Source: a bacterium (GTDB taxonomy: Bacteria; Hydrothermota; 32-111). From it: a stretch of DNA of 46,474 nt. The first letter of the stretch is position 1. Each line of letters starts with the position of its first letter. The position numbers were made by a program, and so were the translations under genes. Location: assembly GCA_050239825.1 (NCBI GenBank), contig JBFXGO010000016.1:1-46474 (forward strand), read 5' to 3'. Positions 9,385-19,421 of this stretch are shown piece after piece. The notes below the pieces were generated by a model. That model saw nothing but the letters and a program-made list of their open reading frames with translations. It did no database searches and had not been told where the DNA came from.

Positions 9385-10114
9385 TTTTTTCCTCCAATGT
9401 TAATCTATATATAATTTCTTTTTGCCTCTTTGTCAAGTCCAATTTATCAAGCAAGTCGGGTCTCCTTTTCAAAGTAAGCTTCAATGCCTCCTCCTCTTCG
9501 TACTCTTCTATCTTTTTATGGTTTCCGGAGAGAAGGATTTCAGGAACCGATTTTTTTTCAAAAACTCTCGGTCTTGTGTACCGCGGACAATCAAGGAATC
9601 CTTTCGAAAATGAATCATTTTCGGCTGAATCGATATCTCCGAGAAAACCATCGACAAATCTTGAAACAGATTCGACGATAAGCATCGCAGGTATCTCTCC
9701 TCCCTGTAGCACATAATCACCGACCGAGACCTCCAAGTTTACATATTTTTCAATGAACCTCTGGTCAACAGATTTGTATCTTCCTGCTATTATTACGATA
9801 TGCTTCTGCTTTGAAAGGTTTGTCTCAATGAGTTTCTGGTTCAGCTGAACTCCGGCAGGGGATGTGAAGACAACATACTTGTCTCTTTTTTTTATGCTTT
9901 TCAGCGCATTCTTAAGGGGTTCTGCCATCAGTATCATTCCTGTCGATGTTCCGTACGGATAATCATCCACCCGGCGGTGTCTGCCCTCGCCGAAATCACG
10001 GAGGTTTACTATATCGACCTCCAATATTTTTTTCTCTATAGCCCGTTTGATGAGCCCGGTTTCAAAGAACGGCCGCATTAATTCACCGAACAGAGTTATT
10101 ATGCTAAAGCGCAT
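9365..10114 (-). CDS. trmD: tRNA (guanine37-N1)-methyltransferase
   Basis: VDDYPYG, SPAG, GRYKSVDQR, EVSVGDYVLQGGE, YTRP, VPEILLSGNH. Confidence 0.97.
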   Translation of the reverse strand: MRFSIITLFGELMRPFFETGLIKRAIEKKILEVDIVNLRDFGEGRHRRVDDYPYGTSTGMILMAEPLKNALKSIKKRDKYVVFTSPAGVQLNQKLIETNLSKQKHIVIIAGRYKSVDQRFIEKYVNLEVSVGDYVLQGGEIPAMLIVESVSRFVDGFLGDIDSAENDSFSKGFLDCPRYTRPRVFEKKSVPEILLSGNHKKIEEYEEEEALKLTLKRRPDLLDKLDLTKRQKEIIYRLTLEEKNGKAKH

Positions 10115-10598
10115 AGAAATTTCTCGGATATCTCAAAACAAGTCTCTTATCCTGAAGGTTTATCTCTGAGAAAAAATCCTTTTTAAAAAGAATCGTCTCT
10201 TGTTTTCCGCCTTCTCCTTCAATTTCAAGAACATCTCCTGTCGGCAGTTTCATTACATCCTTAACCCTGCCTACAATCTTTTGATCCAAATCGTATACGA
10301 TAATTCCTATAATGTCATGGTCGTAATACTCATCAGGACCGAGGTCAAGAAGGTCTGCTTCATTGACAGAAAGAAACTTTCCCGTAAGTTTTTCAGCTGA
10401 GGTTCTGTCATCAATTCCCTTGAATTTGATGGCAAAGTTGGCTCCGATTTTGCCGAAACTCTCAACTTTGAACTCGTTTCCTTCAATAAAATAGAGACAG
10501 TCAAGCATTCTGTCTGCCCTTTCAGTTTCATAAAGGTGAATCTTGAGATTGCCCTTGAGTCCGTGCGGTTTTAAAATTTTACCAACTGTAAAGAGCAT
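10104..10598 (-). CDS. rimM: Ribosome maturation factor RimM
   Basis: VGKILKPHGLKG, KFKGIDDRTSAEKL, EYYDHDIIG; operon position. Confidence 0.95.
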   Translation of the reverse strand: MLFTVGKILKPHGLKGNLKIHLYETERADRMLDCLYFIEGNEFKVESFGKIGANFAIKFKGIDDRTSAEKLTGKFLSVNEADLLDLGPDEYYDHDIIGIIVYDLDQKIVGRVKDVMKLPTGDVLEIEGEGGKQETILFKKDFFSEINLQDKRLVLRYPRNFYAL

Positions 10599-10828
10599 TA
10601 ATCAATAATTTCCAAAACCGATTTCTTGTTATTCTTGACAGAAGCGACCGAGAGAAGAGTGTTGATGGAATCAAGGGTCACTCCGTCCTTTCCAATTATC
10701 TTTCCGATATCGCTTTTGTTTATCTCTATTTCATATAGAGTTGTCATTTTGCCGCTACAGGAGTGTATGTTGACCTCCTGTGGATTTTCGACTATCGACT
10801 TTACGATATAATCAAGAAGCTGTTTCAT
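10598..10828 (-). CDS. khpA: KH-domain RNA-binding protein (UPF0109)
   Basis: 76 aa, DIGKIIGKDG KH motif, located between rpsP and rimM. Confidence 0.92.
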   Translation of the reverse strand: MKQLLDYIVKSIVENPQEVNIHSCSGKMTTLYEIEINKSDIGKIIGKDGVTLDSINTLLSVASVKNNKKSVLEIID

Positions 10829-11090
10829 CTTTCTTTAGAACTTTGCCGGTTATCCTGTTGTTCCTGTAGTCGTCAAGAATGTTGGCGACTCTCGGCGTCG
10901 GTTTTGCGCCCTTTTTAACCCATGCGTCAAACTTTGCGACATCAATAATTGTCAGGTTTAAACCGCGCGGATCGTATGAGCCGATTGCGTCAACGAATCT
11001 TCCGTCTCTCGGGAATCTGGTATCGGCTACAACTATTCTATAGTTGGGGCTTTTGCTCTTTCCGATTCTCTTAAGATGTATATTAATCAT
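10812..11090 (-). CDS. rpsP: 30S ribosomal protein S16
   Basis: LKRIG, YRIVVADTRFPRDGRF, GSYDP, KGAKPT. Confidence 0.97.
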   Translation of the reverse strand: MINIHLKRIGKSKSPNYRIVVADTRFPRDGRFVDAIGSYDPRGLNLTIIDVAKFDAWVKKGAKPTPRVANILDDYRNNRITGKVLKKDETAS

Positions 11091-11125
11091 TTTACCTCCG
11101 TAAAGGTTTAAGTTTAGAATTTATA

Positions 11126-11153
11126 AGTATATAAAAATCCCAAAAAAAGTCAA
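11126..11153 (-). promoter_or_regulatory. Sigma70-type promoter of the rpsP operon
   Basis: Minus strand TTGACT-16 bp-TATACT upstream of the GGAGG RBS of rpsP. Confidence 0.6.
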
Positions 11154-11211
11154 TAGATCCATTATTAATGCATTTAATATATTATTATTTAATACTTATC
11201 AAAATGCTATA

Positions 11212-11239
11212 TTGACTAGTTTTCATTTATCAGTAAAAT
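11212..11239 (+). promoter_or_regulatory. Sigma70-type promoter of the wzm operon
   Basis: TTGACT-16 bp-TAAAAT ending 6 nt before the ATG at 11246. Confidence 0.55.
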
Positions 11240-11245
11240 CATATT

Positions 11246-12010
11246 ATGGAATTTTTTACAAAACATATCAATCTTCTGTTTGAACTTGTCAAATCTGATT
11301 TGAAATCAAAGTACAAGAATACTCTTCTAGGATTTTTATGGATTCTCTTCGAACCGCTCTTTCTGATGATTATCCTATATCTTGTATTCAACAAGTTCAT
11401 CCGTTTCCAGATGGACAATTATCCGCTCTTCATATTATCAGGCGTAACACTCTGGAGATTTTTTATAAATACAACAAGCCAATCCCTCTTCATTTTCTAC
11501 AGAAACAGAGAGATGATATTGAAAGTCAGGATACCGCGTCTTCTTCTGCCCTTCTCTCTGGTTCTCTCAAATCTGATCATCACAATCTTTGAATATTTAA
11601 TCTACTTTTTTCTCTTCATGGCTGTGGGCATGAACCTCTCATGGACAATGCTTCTTTTCATCCCCTACATTCTTCTTTTTTCGGTCTTTATTGCGGGTAT
11701 CTCGATAATTCTCGCACTCATTTATCCTTTCTTTAAGGATATCAAACCCGGTTGGGAGATATTCTCGCAGGCTCTCTTTTTCCTTTGTCCGATTTTCTAC
11801 CCGTTTGAAATTGTTCCATACAGGTTTATTCACATATATCTTATGAATCCGGTTGCGGTCTTTGTTCTTGGAATACAGGGAATCCTCTATTCGGGCTCAA
11901 TAGCCGACAGTACGGTTATTGTTAACTCAGTCTTCTTTTCTGTGACATTCTTTATTGTGGGTATCATACTCTTCATGGTCAATGAGGAGAGGATGGTGAA
12001 ATCTTTATGA
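11246..12010 (+). CDS. wzm: ABC-2 polysaccharide exporter permease (Wzm/TagG-like)
   Basis: DLKSKYKNTLLGFLWILFEPL, about 6 hydrophobic helices, PIFYP, NPV. Confidence 0.93.
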   Translation: MEFFTKHINLLFELVKSDLKSKYKNTLLGFLWILFEPLFLMIILYLVFNKFIRFQMDNYPLFILSGVTLWRFFINTTSQSLFIFYRNREMILKVRIPRLLLPFSLVLSNLIITIFEYLIYFFLFMAVGMNLSWTMLLFIPYILLFSVFIAGISIILALIYPFFKDIKPGWEIFSQALFFLCPIFYPFEIVPYRFIHIYLMNPVAVFVLGIQGILYSGSIADSTVIVNSVFFSVTFFIVGIILFMVNEERMVKSL

Positions 12011-13131
12011 ATTCGGTTGTAATGGTAAAGGATATTCATCTTTCATATAATGTGCGCACGGGTATCTTTTCAAGACAGCTTATAAAAGCAGTGAATGGAA
12101 TTTCATTTGATCTTAGAAGAAATGAGATGCTCAGCATAATAGGGCATAACGGAAGCGGCAAAACCACAACACTCTCAATAGTCGCCGGAATTCTCAAGCC
12201 CGACAGGGGCAAGATAATGGTAAAGGGAACCGTGGTTCCCTTCCTTGGTCTTGGAATAGGATTCAATCCGGAACTTACAGGAAAAGAGAATGTTTTTTTA
12301 TACGGAGCGATTATGGGATTTTCCAGAAAACGCACTCTGGGGATTTATGATGCGGTTGTTGAGTTTTCGGAATTGAAGGATTATATGAATCTCAAAATCA
12401 AAGAGTTTTCAACAGGCATGTATGTGAGGCTCGGCTTCTCCGTTGCAATATACACATCTCCGGACATCCTTATAATAGACGAGGTTCTTGCCGTAGGAGA
12501 TGTTCATTTCCAAAGGAAATGCCTTGACACGATAAACACGATAAAATCAAACGGCACAGCGATAATGTTCGTCTCACACGATATGGGACTTGTGTCAAGA
12601 TTTTCGGACAGGGTGATACTGCTTGACAAGGGCAGAATTTTGAAGGAGGGGTATCCTGATGATGTGATTCAGGAGTATATGGAGATGGAGGAGAACAGTC
12701 CGATGCTTTCCAAGAGCAGAAGGGGAAGCGGCGAGGTGGAGATAACCGGGATAGAGCTTGACAGGGATAACAGAAGCTATAATGCAGATGAAGATGTGAC
12801 TGTCTCAGTGAGATACAAAAACAACTCCGGCATAAAAGAGGGCATACTCGGGTTTGCTGTTACAGAGGAGAGCGGTGTTATAATAAGCGGACCAAATACG
12901 AAGGATTATGCGAATACTCTTATCGCTTTCCAAGAAGAGGGCACTCTCTCATTTTCATTCAGAAATCTCTCTTTAAATCCCGGAAAGTATTTTCTGACAG
13001 TGGCATTGTATGACATATCAAACAGATTTCCGTATGACCATATTGACCATGCGGACTATTACATTCTTAACGGAGCAAAAAGAAAACATCTTGGTATAGT
13101 CAGGCTTCCTGTAAAATGGAATATAAAGTGA
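12007..13131 (+). CDS. wzt: Polysaccharide ABC exporter ATPase with C-terminal carbohydrate-binding extension
   Basis: Walker A GHNGSGKT, GFNPELTGKEN, FSTGMYVRLGF, IIDEVLAVGD, plus a ~140-aa Wzt_C-like tail (RGSGEVEITG...LNPGKYFL). Confidence 0.95.
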   Translation: MNSVVMVKDIHLSYNVRTGIFSRQLIKAVNGISFDLRRNEMLSIIGHNGSGKTTTLSIVAGILKPDRGKIMVKGTVVPFLGLGIGFNPELTGKENVFLYGAIMGFSRKRTLGIYDAVVEFSELKDYMNLKIKEFSTGMYVRLGFSVAIYTSPDILIIDEVLAVGDVHFQRKCLDTINTIKSNGTAIMFVSHDMGLVSRFSDRVILLDKGRILKEGYPDDVIQEYMEMEENSPMLSKSRRGSGEVEITGIELDRDNRSYNADEDVTVSVRYKNNSGIKEGILGFAVTEESGVIISGPNTKDYANTLIAFQEEGTLSFSFRNLSLNPGKYFLTVALYDISNRFPYDHIDHADYYILNGAKRKHLGIVRLPVKWNIK

Positions 13132-14267
13132 AAGTGGGGTTTGTAAGCACATTTCCTCCGGTTGTTTCCGGCTTGTCAAGATATGCTGAGGAGTTGTGCG
13201 ATTTCATAAATGCTTCCGGAAGGGAAATTGAAGCTGAAAAACTCTCCATTGACAGATTTTCGCCATATAGAAAAGCAGACAGCGCATCAATCGCAGAGTG
13301 CGATGTCGCTATTTACAATCTTGGAAATCATCCAATGAATCTACCATCATACAAAGCTGCCCTGAAGAATCCTTCAATATGCATACTTCATGAATACACT
13401 CTTGATTCTTTCCGCGGGAAAGTTATGAAGAGTCTGCCTGCATTGAGTCCGCTTAAAATGCTCATAAGGAGTGGCAATATTTTTGTCGTGCATACTGCTG
13501 AAAACGTAAGGCGCCTTGTATCTCTCGGAGCCGATGCGGTTCAAATAAGGCATATGCAATATAGGCTATTTCCAAAGGTTCCAGATGCCACTTTCGGAGC
13601 TGATGCCTTTCACATAAGAAAATTCGCATTTTCTTCTCTCAAATCGTTTCAAGACGCGGACAACGGATACATTGGAGCATTCGGTTATGTCTCTTACTCC
13701 AAGGGTGCGCGGGAGATTCTCGACGGTTATGAGGAATATTTGCGCAGAGGTGGAAGGCTGAACTTTCTATTCGCTGGGAATGAGGCGGATTTTCCTCTGA
13801 GGAAGGAAATAAGCAGAAGAAAACTTGCCTCCAGAGTCGAGTTTGTAGAGAATCCTGATGACCTTACTTTTGACTCTCTCATTGCATCATGCTCTGCCGG
13901 AGTCAATCTAAGGCTCACAGACAGTGGGGAGACAAGCGGCAACATGCTTAAGCTCTTTTCTCTTTGTAAACCGGTAGCAATGAACAAGACCTTTTCATCG
14001 GAGGAAGATTTCGCCAAGTGCTATTTTGAGGTGAGAAGAAATTCCTGCTCAAATGATCTGGCTGAGTTTTTTGCTTCAGTCGAAAGAAAAGATAAGAATC
14101 TCTATGAGAAGGCAATTACTGCTAAGAGAGTCTCATCTGAGAGAAATTCAATAGAGCTGGTTACCGTTGAATGGATTAAACTGCTGACCAACCCTTCTCT
14201 GAAAGCGAGAATCAGAAGGGCAAAGGCGGAAGGAAAGAGAAAATTTTTCATGCAGGAGGGAAGATGA
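13128..14267 (+). CDS. Glycosyltransferase, GT-B/GT4-like
   Basis: VSTFPPVVSGLSRY, YNLGNH, FGYVSYSKG, NLRLTDSGETSG. GTG start overlaps the wzt stop (GTGA). Confidence 0.8.
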   Translation: MKVGFVSTFPPVVSGLSRYAEELCDFINASGREIEAEKLSIDRFSPYRKADSASIAECDVAIYNLGNHPMNLPSYKAALKNPSICILHEYTLDSFRGKVMKSLPALSPLKMLIRSGNIFVVHTAENVRRLVSLGADAVQIRHMQYRLFPKVPDATFGADAFHIRKFAFSSLKSFQDADNGYIGAFGYVSYSKGAREILDGYEEYLRRGGRLNFLFAGNEADFPLRKEISRRKLASRVEFVENPDDLTFDSLIASCSAGVNLRLTDSGETSGNMLKLFSLCKPVAMNKTFSSEEDFAKCYFEVRRNSCSNDLAEFFASVERKDKNLYEKAITAKRVSSERNSIELVTVEWIKLLTNPSLKARIRRAKAEGKRKFFMQEGR

Positions 14268-15106
14268 GAATACTTGTTTTGGGGCATAGCGGTCTTTTGG
14301 GTTCATATCTTGAAAGTACTGCGGACAAAAATGATGTTCTTTTCTTTCCGGACAGAAAGGAACTGAACATTAAAGATACTCAGAAATTCTATGATTTCAT
14401 AAGAGAGAAGAAAATAGAGATGTGCATAAACGCATCAGGCATAACAAATATATATCTCTGCGAAACAAATGTTGAGGAGGCATTCAAAGTAAATGCTTAT
14501 GCTCCTGCAGAGTGTGCCAAGATTGCAAAGGAAGAATCTGTGCGCTTCATTCACATCTCAACAGGATTTGTCTTTGACGGAAAGAAACACACTCCTTATG
14601 TTGAGTCTGACTCTCCCTCTCCCATAAATGCATATGGAGAATCAAAGTACATGGGGGAGCTCTTTATTCTGCGCGAAAATCCGAATGCCCTTATTCTTAG
14701 AACAAATGAGATTTTCGGAAGAACCTCTTCTACTTTCAGCCATAATGTCATTGCTTACATAATAAATCAGATACTTGCAAATAAAACAATTGCAGTCTAT
14801 CCCATTAAGACATCTCCGACATACGGGCTCGACCTTGCTGAATTCATCTGGTCCATCAAGAAGTTCAAAGATATCAAGGGAATCCTTCATGCTGTAAACA
14901 GCGGTTCTTTTACCTATGCGGAGGCGGCCGAATTGGCGGCAAAGTATATCAAGGGGAAGGCGGTTATCAAGAACAGGAATGACATGCTCAAGTATAAAAT
15001 GCCGGAAAACTGCTCCCTTGAGAGCGAAAGGATTTCAAATTTGAATATTCCGAAAATCAGAAGTTTTGAGGATGCCCTGAAGGAGTGCGTAAGAGAATTC
15101 CTATGA
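14264..15106 (+). CDS. rmlD: dTDP-4-dehydrorhamnose reductase-like SDR
   Basis: GHSGLLG, HISTGFVFDG, PYVESDSPSPINAYGESK (YxxxK), SPTY. Confidence 0.88.
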   Translation: MRILVLGHSGLLGSYLESTADKNDVLFFPDRKELNIKDTQKFYDFIREKKIEMCINASGITNIYLCETNVEEAFKVNAYAPAECAKIAKEESVRFIHISTGFVFDGKKHTPYVESDSPSPINAYGESKYMGELFILRENPNALILRTNEIFGRTSSTFSHNVIAYIINQILANKTIAVYPIKTSPTYGLDLAEFIWSIKKFKDIKGILHAVNSGSFTYAEAAELAAKYIKGKAVIKNRNDMLKYKMPENCSLESERISNLNIPKIRSFEDALKECVREFL

Positions 15107-16431
15107 AGCCTCCTCTCGCCGTAATACAGATTGTAAATTACAATGGAAGAGAAAATCTGAAAGATCTCTTTTTTGAATGCTATGAATCTGTCTTTTCTCA
15201 GTCGTATACAAATTTCAAAGTTCATGTTATAGACAATAACTCCACTGATGATTCCGTTGAAATCTTAAAGGCGGAATTTCCTGAAGTCAAAGTGACAGAG
15301 GCTGGCGGCAACTTCGGCTATACTGCCAACAATTTCGGATTGAAATATTTTGAACTCATAGAGGCGGATTATCTTCTGGTTATGAACAGCGATGTTATTC
15401 TGGAGAGAGACTGTTTGAAAAACCTGATTCATTTTATGGAAAACAATACCGGCGTCGGAGCGGCAAATCCTATGATAATGATGAACAGGAAGAGGGACAT
15501 TATCTGTTCAACAGGCATAAATCTGAATGAAGCGGCATTTTCAAGGAATTCCGGATTCCTCTCTTTTAAGAAGGAGGCTTTAAATGGCGACGACAGGCGT
15601 CTGCTTTCAGGCGCATGCATGATATTAAGAAAGAACCTTATAAACAAGACGGGTCTATTTGATTTTGACTTTAAGTCATACTATGAAGATGCAGATCTCT
15701 CTTTGAGAATTCTAAGTTTCACGGATTTTAAATTAGCCCTTGTGAAAGAGGCGGAATGCTTCCACGAGGGCTCGGCATCCTATTCAAAAGAATCCCGGGA
15801 AAGCGATTATCTGATGCTGAGAAACCAATACCTCATCATATTGAAAAGATTTCCGATAATTTCAGCAATAAGAGCTTTTTCTTTTTTCGCCAGAACAAGG
15901 TTTTTGAAGAGGAATCTCATTCATCTGAAGATTGCCGCATATCTTCTTTTGCATTCTTTTTCAATAACGGTTCACAGAATCAAATCAAAAGCAAAAACCA
16001 TTAATAGTGTAAACACTCTCCTTGAAAAGGGAATGAATCCATATTTTATAGAGAGAATGACATCCGAAAGAACAAAAATCATCAGAGATGAAGCGGATGT
16101 AGCCAATTTTGATATTCCGGATAGGTTTGTCGCGGGAGTGACAGACAACGCGATAGGAGAGGGATTTTCAATGCTATTAGGGAATTTTCCTCTTTCAAGA
16201 AGAATCTTTGAGAGAGGAGTATGTTATATTAAAAACAATTTTAAAGAGTATATTCTTTCAGGATACCCTGATGATGTTAAAGTGGCTCTCACTATAAACA
16301 AGACTCAAAAAATTTCAGGCACACTGCCTATGAAATTCAAAGTTGAAGCGGATGGGGAGATTCTTGAACTTGAAATAAATCCTTCATCTGATGTTTATAT
16401 CACCTATGCAGGCGGAGTAGATGGCTTCTAA
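15103..16431 (+). CDS. Glycosyltransferase family 2 (rhamnosyltransferase-like) with C-terminal extension
   Basis: IVNYNG, VIDNNSTDDS, MNSD, SGACMILR, GLFDFDFKSYYEDADLSLR. Confidence 0.9.
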   Translation: MKPPLAVIQIVNYNGRENLKDLFFECYESVFSQSYTNFKVHVIDNNSTDDSVEILKAEFPEVKVTEAGGNFGYTANNFGLKYFELIEADYLLVMNSDVILERDCLKNLIHFMENNTGVGAANPMIMMNRKRDIICSTGINLNEAAFSRNSGFLSFKKEALNGDDRRLLSGACMILRKNLINKTGLFDFDFKSYYEDADLSLRILSFTDFKLALVKEAECFHEGSASYSKESRESDYLMLRNQYLIILKRFPIISAIRAFSFFARTRFLKRNLIHLKIAAYLLLHSFSITVHRIKSKAKTINSVNTLLEKGMNPYFIERMTSERTKIIRDEADVANFDIPDRFVAGVTDNAIGEGFSMLLGNFPLSRRIFERGVCYIKNNFKEYILSGYPDDVKVALTINKTQKISGTLPMKFKVEADGEILELEINPSSDVYITYAGGVDGF

Positions 16432-17671
16432 AAAATTCTTATTCATTGTCAACAGATATCTGCCGTGTCAAAGCGGCGCAGAGGTGCTTACAGGTCAGAT
16501 AGCTGAAAAGCTTTCTTCAATGGGTCATTCGGTAAAAGTGCTTACCCTGAATGCAATGAATGATGATGACTATGTGCAGAGGAGAAGCAGGGAGCCGCAA
16601 AAAGCAAATATCAATAGAGTCTCAGTGAGAAGATTTAAAATCACGAGGCTGCCTTTCCACGAGAGAGTGATGAAGACGGCGGAGGAATTGTCAGTGGCAG
16701 ATTGGTTGACAGGAAGAAGAGCAATCTTCTCTATCCCAATGATGAAATCCCTAACGAAAGAGATAGGGGAGAGCGATGTTGTGATATCCGGAGTCATGCC
16801 TTTTACTGGAATAATCTATCCTGCTCTTATAACAGCGAAGAGAATGAAAAAGAGATTTGTCCTCCTGCCCCTGATGCATTTCGGGCAAGTCGGGCTTAAA
16901 AGCAAAATGAATGATTTTGAGAAACAAACAATATATCCGAAAGAATTCAGATATGAATATTTTTCCGAAACCGCAATGAAGATATACAGAGAGTCGGACA
17001 TTATCCTGACTCAGGGGCTATATGAAGAAAATTTCATAAAAAATAATACCAAATCGTTCTTTGCGAGAATTAATCCGCGAATAGAGATTCCTGAAAAGTT
17101 TCAATCGGATCACTCCGGTTTCACTGTTTTCACTCTTGGAAACCACAACTATCATAAGGGTATTGAAGCGACTCTAAAGGCATACAACCTATTAAGAAAA
17201 AGCAAAGCTGATGTAAAACTGATAATTTCCGGGAGAGTGGGCAAGGAGTATGAAGAGCAGATAAAATCCACAGCAGGAGTTGAGTTTATGGGACAGTCGG
17301 ACGATAAACTCAAAAGAGAATGTTTCATGAAATCGGATGTATTTCTTCTTCCATCAATAGCAGAGTCGCTCGGAATAGCCGTTCTTGAAGCTCACAGCTA
17401 CGGCATCCCAACAATCGGCGCCTACTGCTCGGGAAGCATGCAGTTGATAAAGGAGGGTGTCAACGGATACCTTGTTCCTTTCATGGATTATCGCTTGACT
17501 TATGAATTGCTTATGGCATTATATGAGAATGCATCTTTGCTTGAAAGACTCAAGAGTGAATCAAGAAGAATAGCATCAGAGGGTGATTTAAGTATAGACG
17601 GATACAGGGACGGACCCTTTGATGATTCAAGGCAGGAGAAACAGATTAAAACATTTCTGGAAATGATATGA
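16421..17671 (+). CDS. Glycosyltransferase family 4
   Basis: SGAE, HKG, DVFLLPSIAESLGIAVLEA (EX7E), GVNGYLV. Confidence 0.9.
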   Translation: MASKKFLFIVNRYLPCQSGAEVLTGQIAEKLSSMGHSVKVLTLNAMNDDDYVQRRSREPQKANINRVSVRRFKITRLPFHERVMKTAEELSVADWLTGRRAIFSIPMMKSLTKEIGESDVVISGVMPFTGIIYPALITAKRMKKRFVLLPLMHFGQVGLKSKMNDFEKQTIYPKEFRYEYFSETAMKIYRESDIILTQGLYEENFIKNNTKSFFARINPRIEIPEKFQSDHSGFTVFTLGNHNYHKGIEATLKAYNLLRKSKADVKLIISGRVGKEYEEQIKSTAGVEFMGQSDDKLKRECFMKSDVFLLPSIAESLGIAVLEAHSYGIPTIGAYCSGSMQLIKEGVNGYLVPFMDYRLTYELLMALYENASLLERLKSESRRIASEGDLSIDGYRDGPFDDSRQEKQIKTFLEMI

Positions 17672-18822
17672 AAAAAGCTCTGCACTATATTTACAGATAC
17701 AATTCTTCTGGCGGAGGCATGCCCTCGTTTGTTGATGACATTGCAACCGATGAGATGATAATAGCCGTCGAATCAGACAGGATAGACACACGGCTGAAGA
17801 AGGTAAATCTCGAAGGAGACTCAATTAACAGAAAGGATTTCTTATCTGTCGTGAATTTTGAAAATCCTGAAATCATCATATTGCACACGCTGAAACATAT
17901 TAATGTCTCTCTGCTGGATGAACTGAAGGCTCTCAATCACAAAGTGATACTCATTGTGCATGACTATTATCCGATTTGCGAAAAAGAGGTTCTGATAAAC
18001 AACAGAAAGCAGATTTGCGCCGGACCGTACTCCAAAAACTGTTTATACTGCTACTATGACAAATACAGCTTAATAATTCCGATAACAAGACAGATCCGTG
18101 ATTTTTTGAAACCGCTTTTGTCTCTCTTTCTGAGAAGAACCCATTGGTATGAAACCCGGCTCGGAATTCACAGGGAGATGATGAAAAAAATAGATATGGT
18201 TGTCTTTCCTTCAGAAAAGGCAAAGATGGTTATGATGCGCTTTCTTGACCCATCTACAAAGACTGCGGTAATAAAGCATTTTCAGAGGCAAATTTCCTGC
18301 AGAAGGGAGAAGCAGGATTTGTGTGAATTTGCATTTATAGGACACGAGTCATATCACAAGGGATTTGATGTTCTCAAAAAGGCGGTCGCTGGCACCAAAT
18401 ATCAGGAACTGAAAGTGCATCTGTTCGGAGATTTTAAGAAACATTCAAAGATAAAAAGTTTTACAAATGAAGGGACTTTTGAGAACAGAAACATATCTTC
18501 GGCAATGATGAAGTTTGATGCATTGATTTTCCCATCTGTCTGGCCGGAGACAAGCGGCAGAGTCCTTACTGAGGCGGCGGCTTGCGGGAAATATATCATC
18601 GCCTCAAACATTACTCCCGCCGGTGAAATTCTCAAAGGATATGAAGGGCTTATATTGTTTGAAAACAATGAACCTGCGATGCTTCTTGCCGCAATGGAAA
18701 AACTCTACTCTTCATGGAAAAAGAAAGATTATCCTCTGAAGCCGTATAGATTGAAGAGCGTAGCGGAATACAGAACCGAGGTTTTTAAAAAAATTGAGGA
18801 GAATGAAAATGGTAAAGACTGA
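17668..18822 (+). CDS. Glycosyltransferase family 4
   Basis: HDYYPIC, YHKGFDVL, FPSVWPETSGRVLTEA (EX7E). Confidence 0.9.
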   Translation: MKKALHYIYRYNSSGGGMPSFVDDIATDEMIIAVESDRIDTRLKKVNLEGDSINRKDFLSVVNFENPEIIILHTLKHINVSLLDELKALNHKVILIVHDYYPICEKEVLINNRKQICAGPYSKNCLYCYYDKYSLIIPITRQIRDFLKPLLSLFLRRTHWYETRLGIHREMMKKIDMVVFPSEKAKMVMMRFLDPSTKTAVIKHFQRQISCRREKQDLCEFAFIGHESYHKGFDVLKKAVAGTKYQELKVHLFGDFKKHSKIKSFTNEGTFENRNISSAMMKFDALIFPSVWPETSGRVLTEAAACGKYIIASNITPAGEILKGYEGLILFENNEPAMLLAAMEKLYSSWKKKDYPLKPYRLKSVAEYRTEVFKKIEENENGKD

Positions 18823-19216
18823 CTATATAGTTATGAAAACCGAGAAGAAAAAGTGTCTTGTGCACATAACAGAGAGAGTTTCCGACTTTGTAGCAAAGAG
18901 CGGAATAAAGGAAGGAATGGTTCTTGTATCTGCAATGCACATTACAGCGGGAATAATAGTGAATGATTATGAAGAAGGATTGTGGGAGGACATAATGGAG
19001 TGGCTTGAGAAGGTTGCCCCTGAAGGGAATTACAAACATCATCGCACCGGAGAGGATAACGGCGATGCTCATTTGAAGCGGATAACTGTTCATCATCAGG
19101 TCATAATCCCGATAACGAAGGGCTCTCTTGATTTGGGTCCGTGGGAGAGAATCTTTTACGCAGAGTTCGACGGTCAGAGAAGCAAGAGGATAATCCTCAA
19201 AGCCATGGGAGAATGA
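18809..19216 (+). CDS. yjbQ: YjbQ/UPF0047 family protein
   Basis: HITAGIIVN, YKHHRTGEDNGDAHLK, LDLGPWERIFYAEFDGQR. Confidence 0.93.
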   Translation: MVKTDYIVMKTEKKKCLVHITERVSDFVAKSGIKEGMVLVSAMHITAGIIVNDYEEGLWEDIMEWLEKVAPEGNYKHHRTGEDNGDAHLKRITVHHQVIIPITKGSLDLGPWERIFYAEFDGQRSKRIILKAMGE

Positions 19217-19385
19217 AAAATCTATCTAAAAACAGTATCCGCAAAGAATGTTTTCCACAGGCATTCACTGATTATGTGGCATTTAAAGACTTAATAAATG
19301 ACTCTGAGCTGGGAATATCTGGTAAATAGCCGTTCAATTCTAAATAGATTAGTTTTTTAATTTGAATCATTGATTTTACCCTCTA

Positions 19386-19413
19386 TTGACTATATATCAT
19401 ATCAGATTATAAT
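19386..19413 (+). promoter_or_regulatory. Sigma70-type promoter
   Basis: TTGACT-16 bp-TATAAT ending 8 nt before the ATG at 19422. Confidence 0.6.
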
Positions 19414-19421
19414 ATAACATT

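Noticed and set aside
19141..19329. Short ORF overlapping the end of yjbQ (38 codons from the ATGA at 19213)
   Set aside because: No recognisable motif; cannot be supported.
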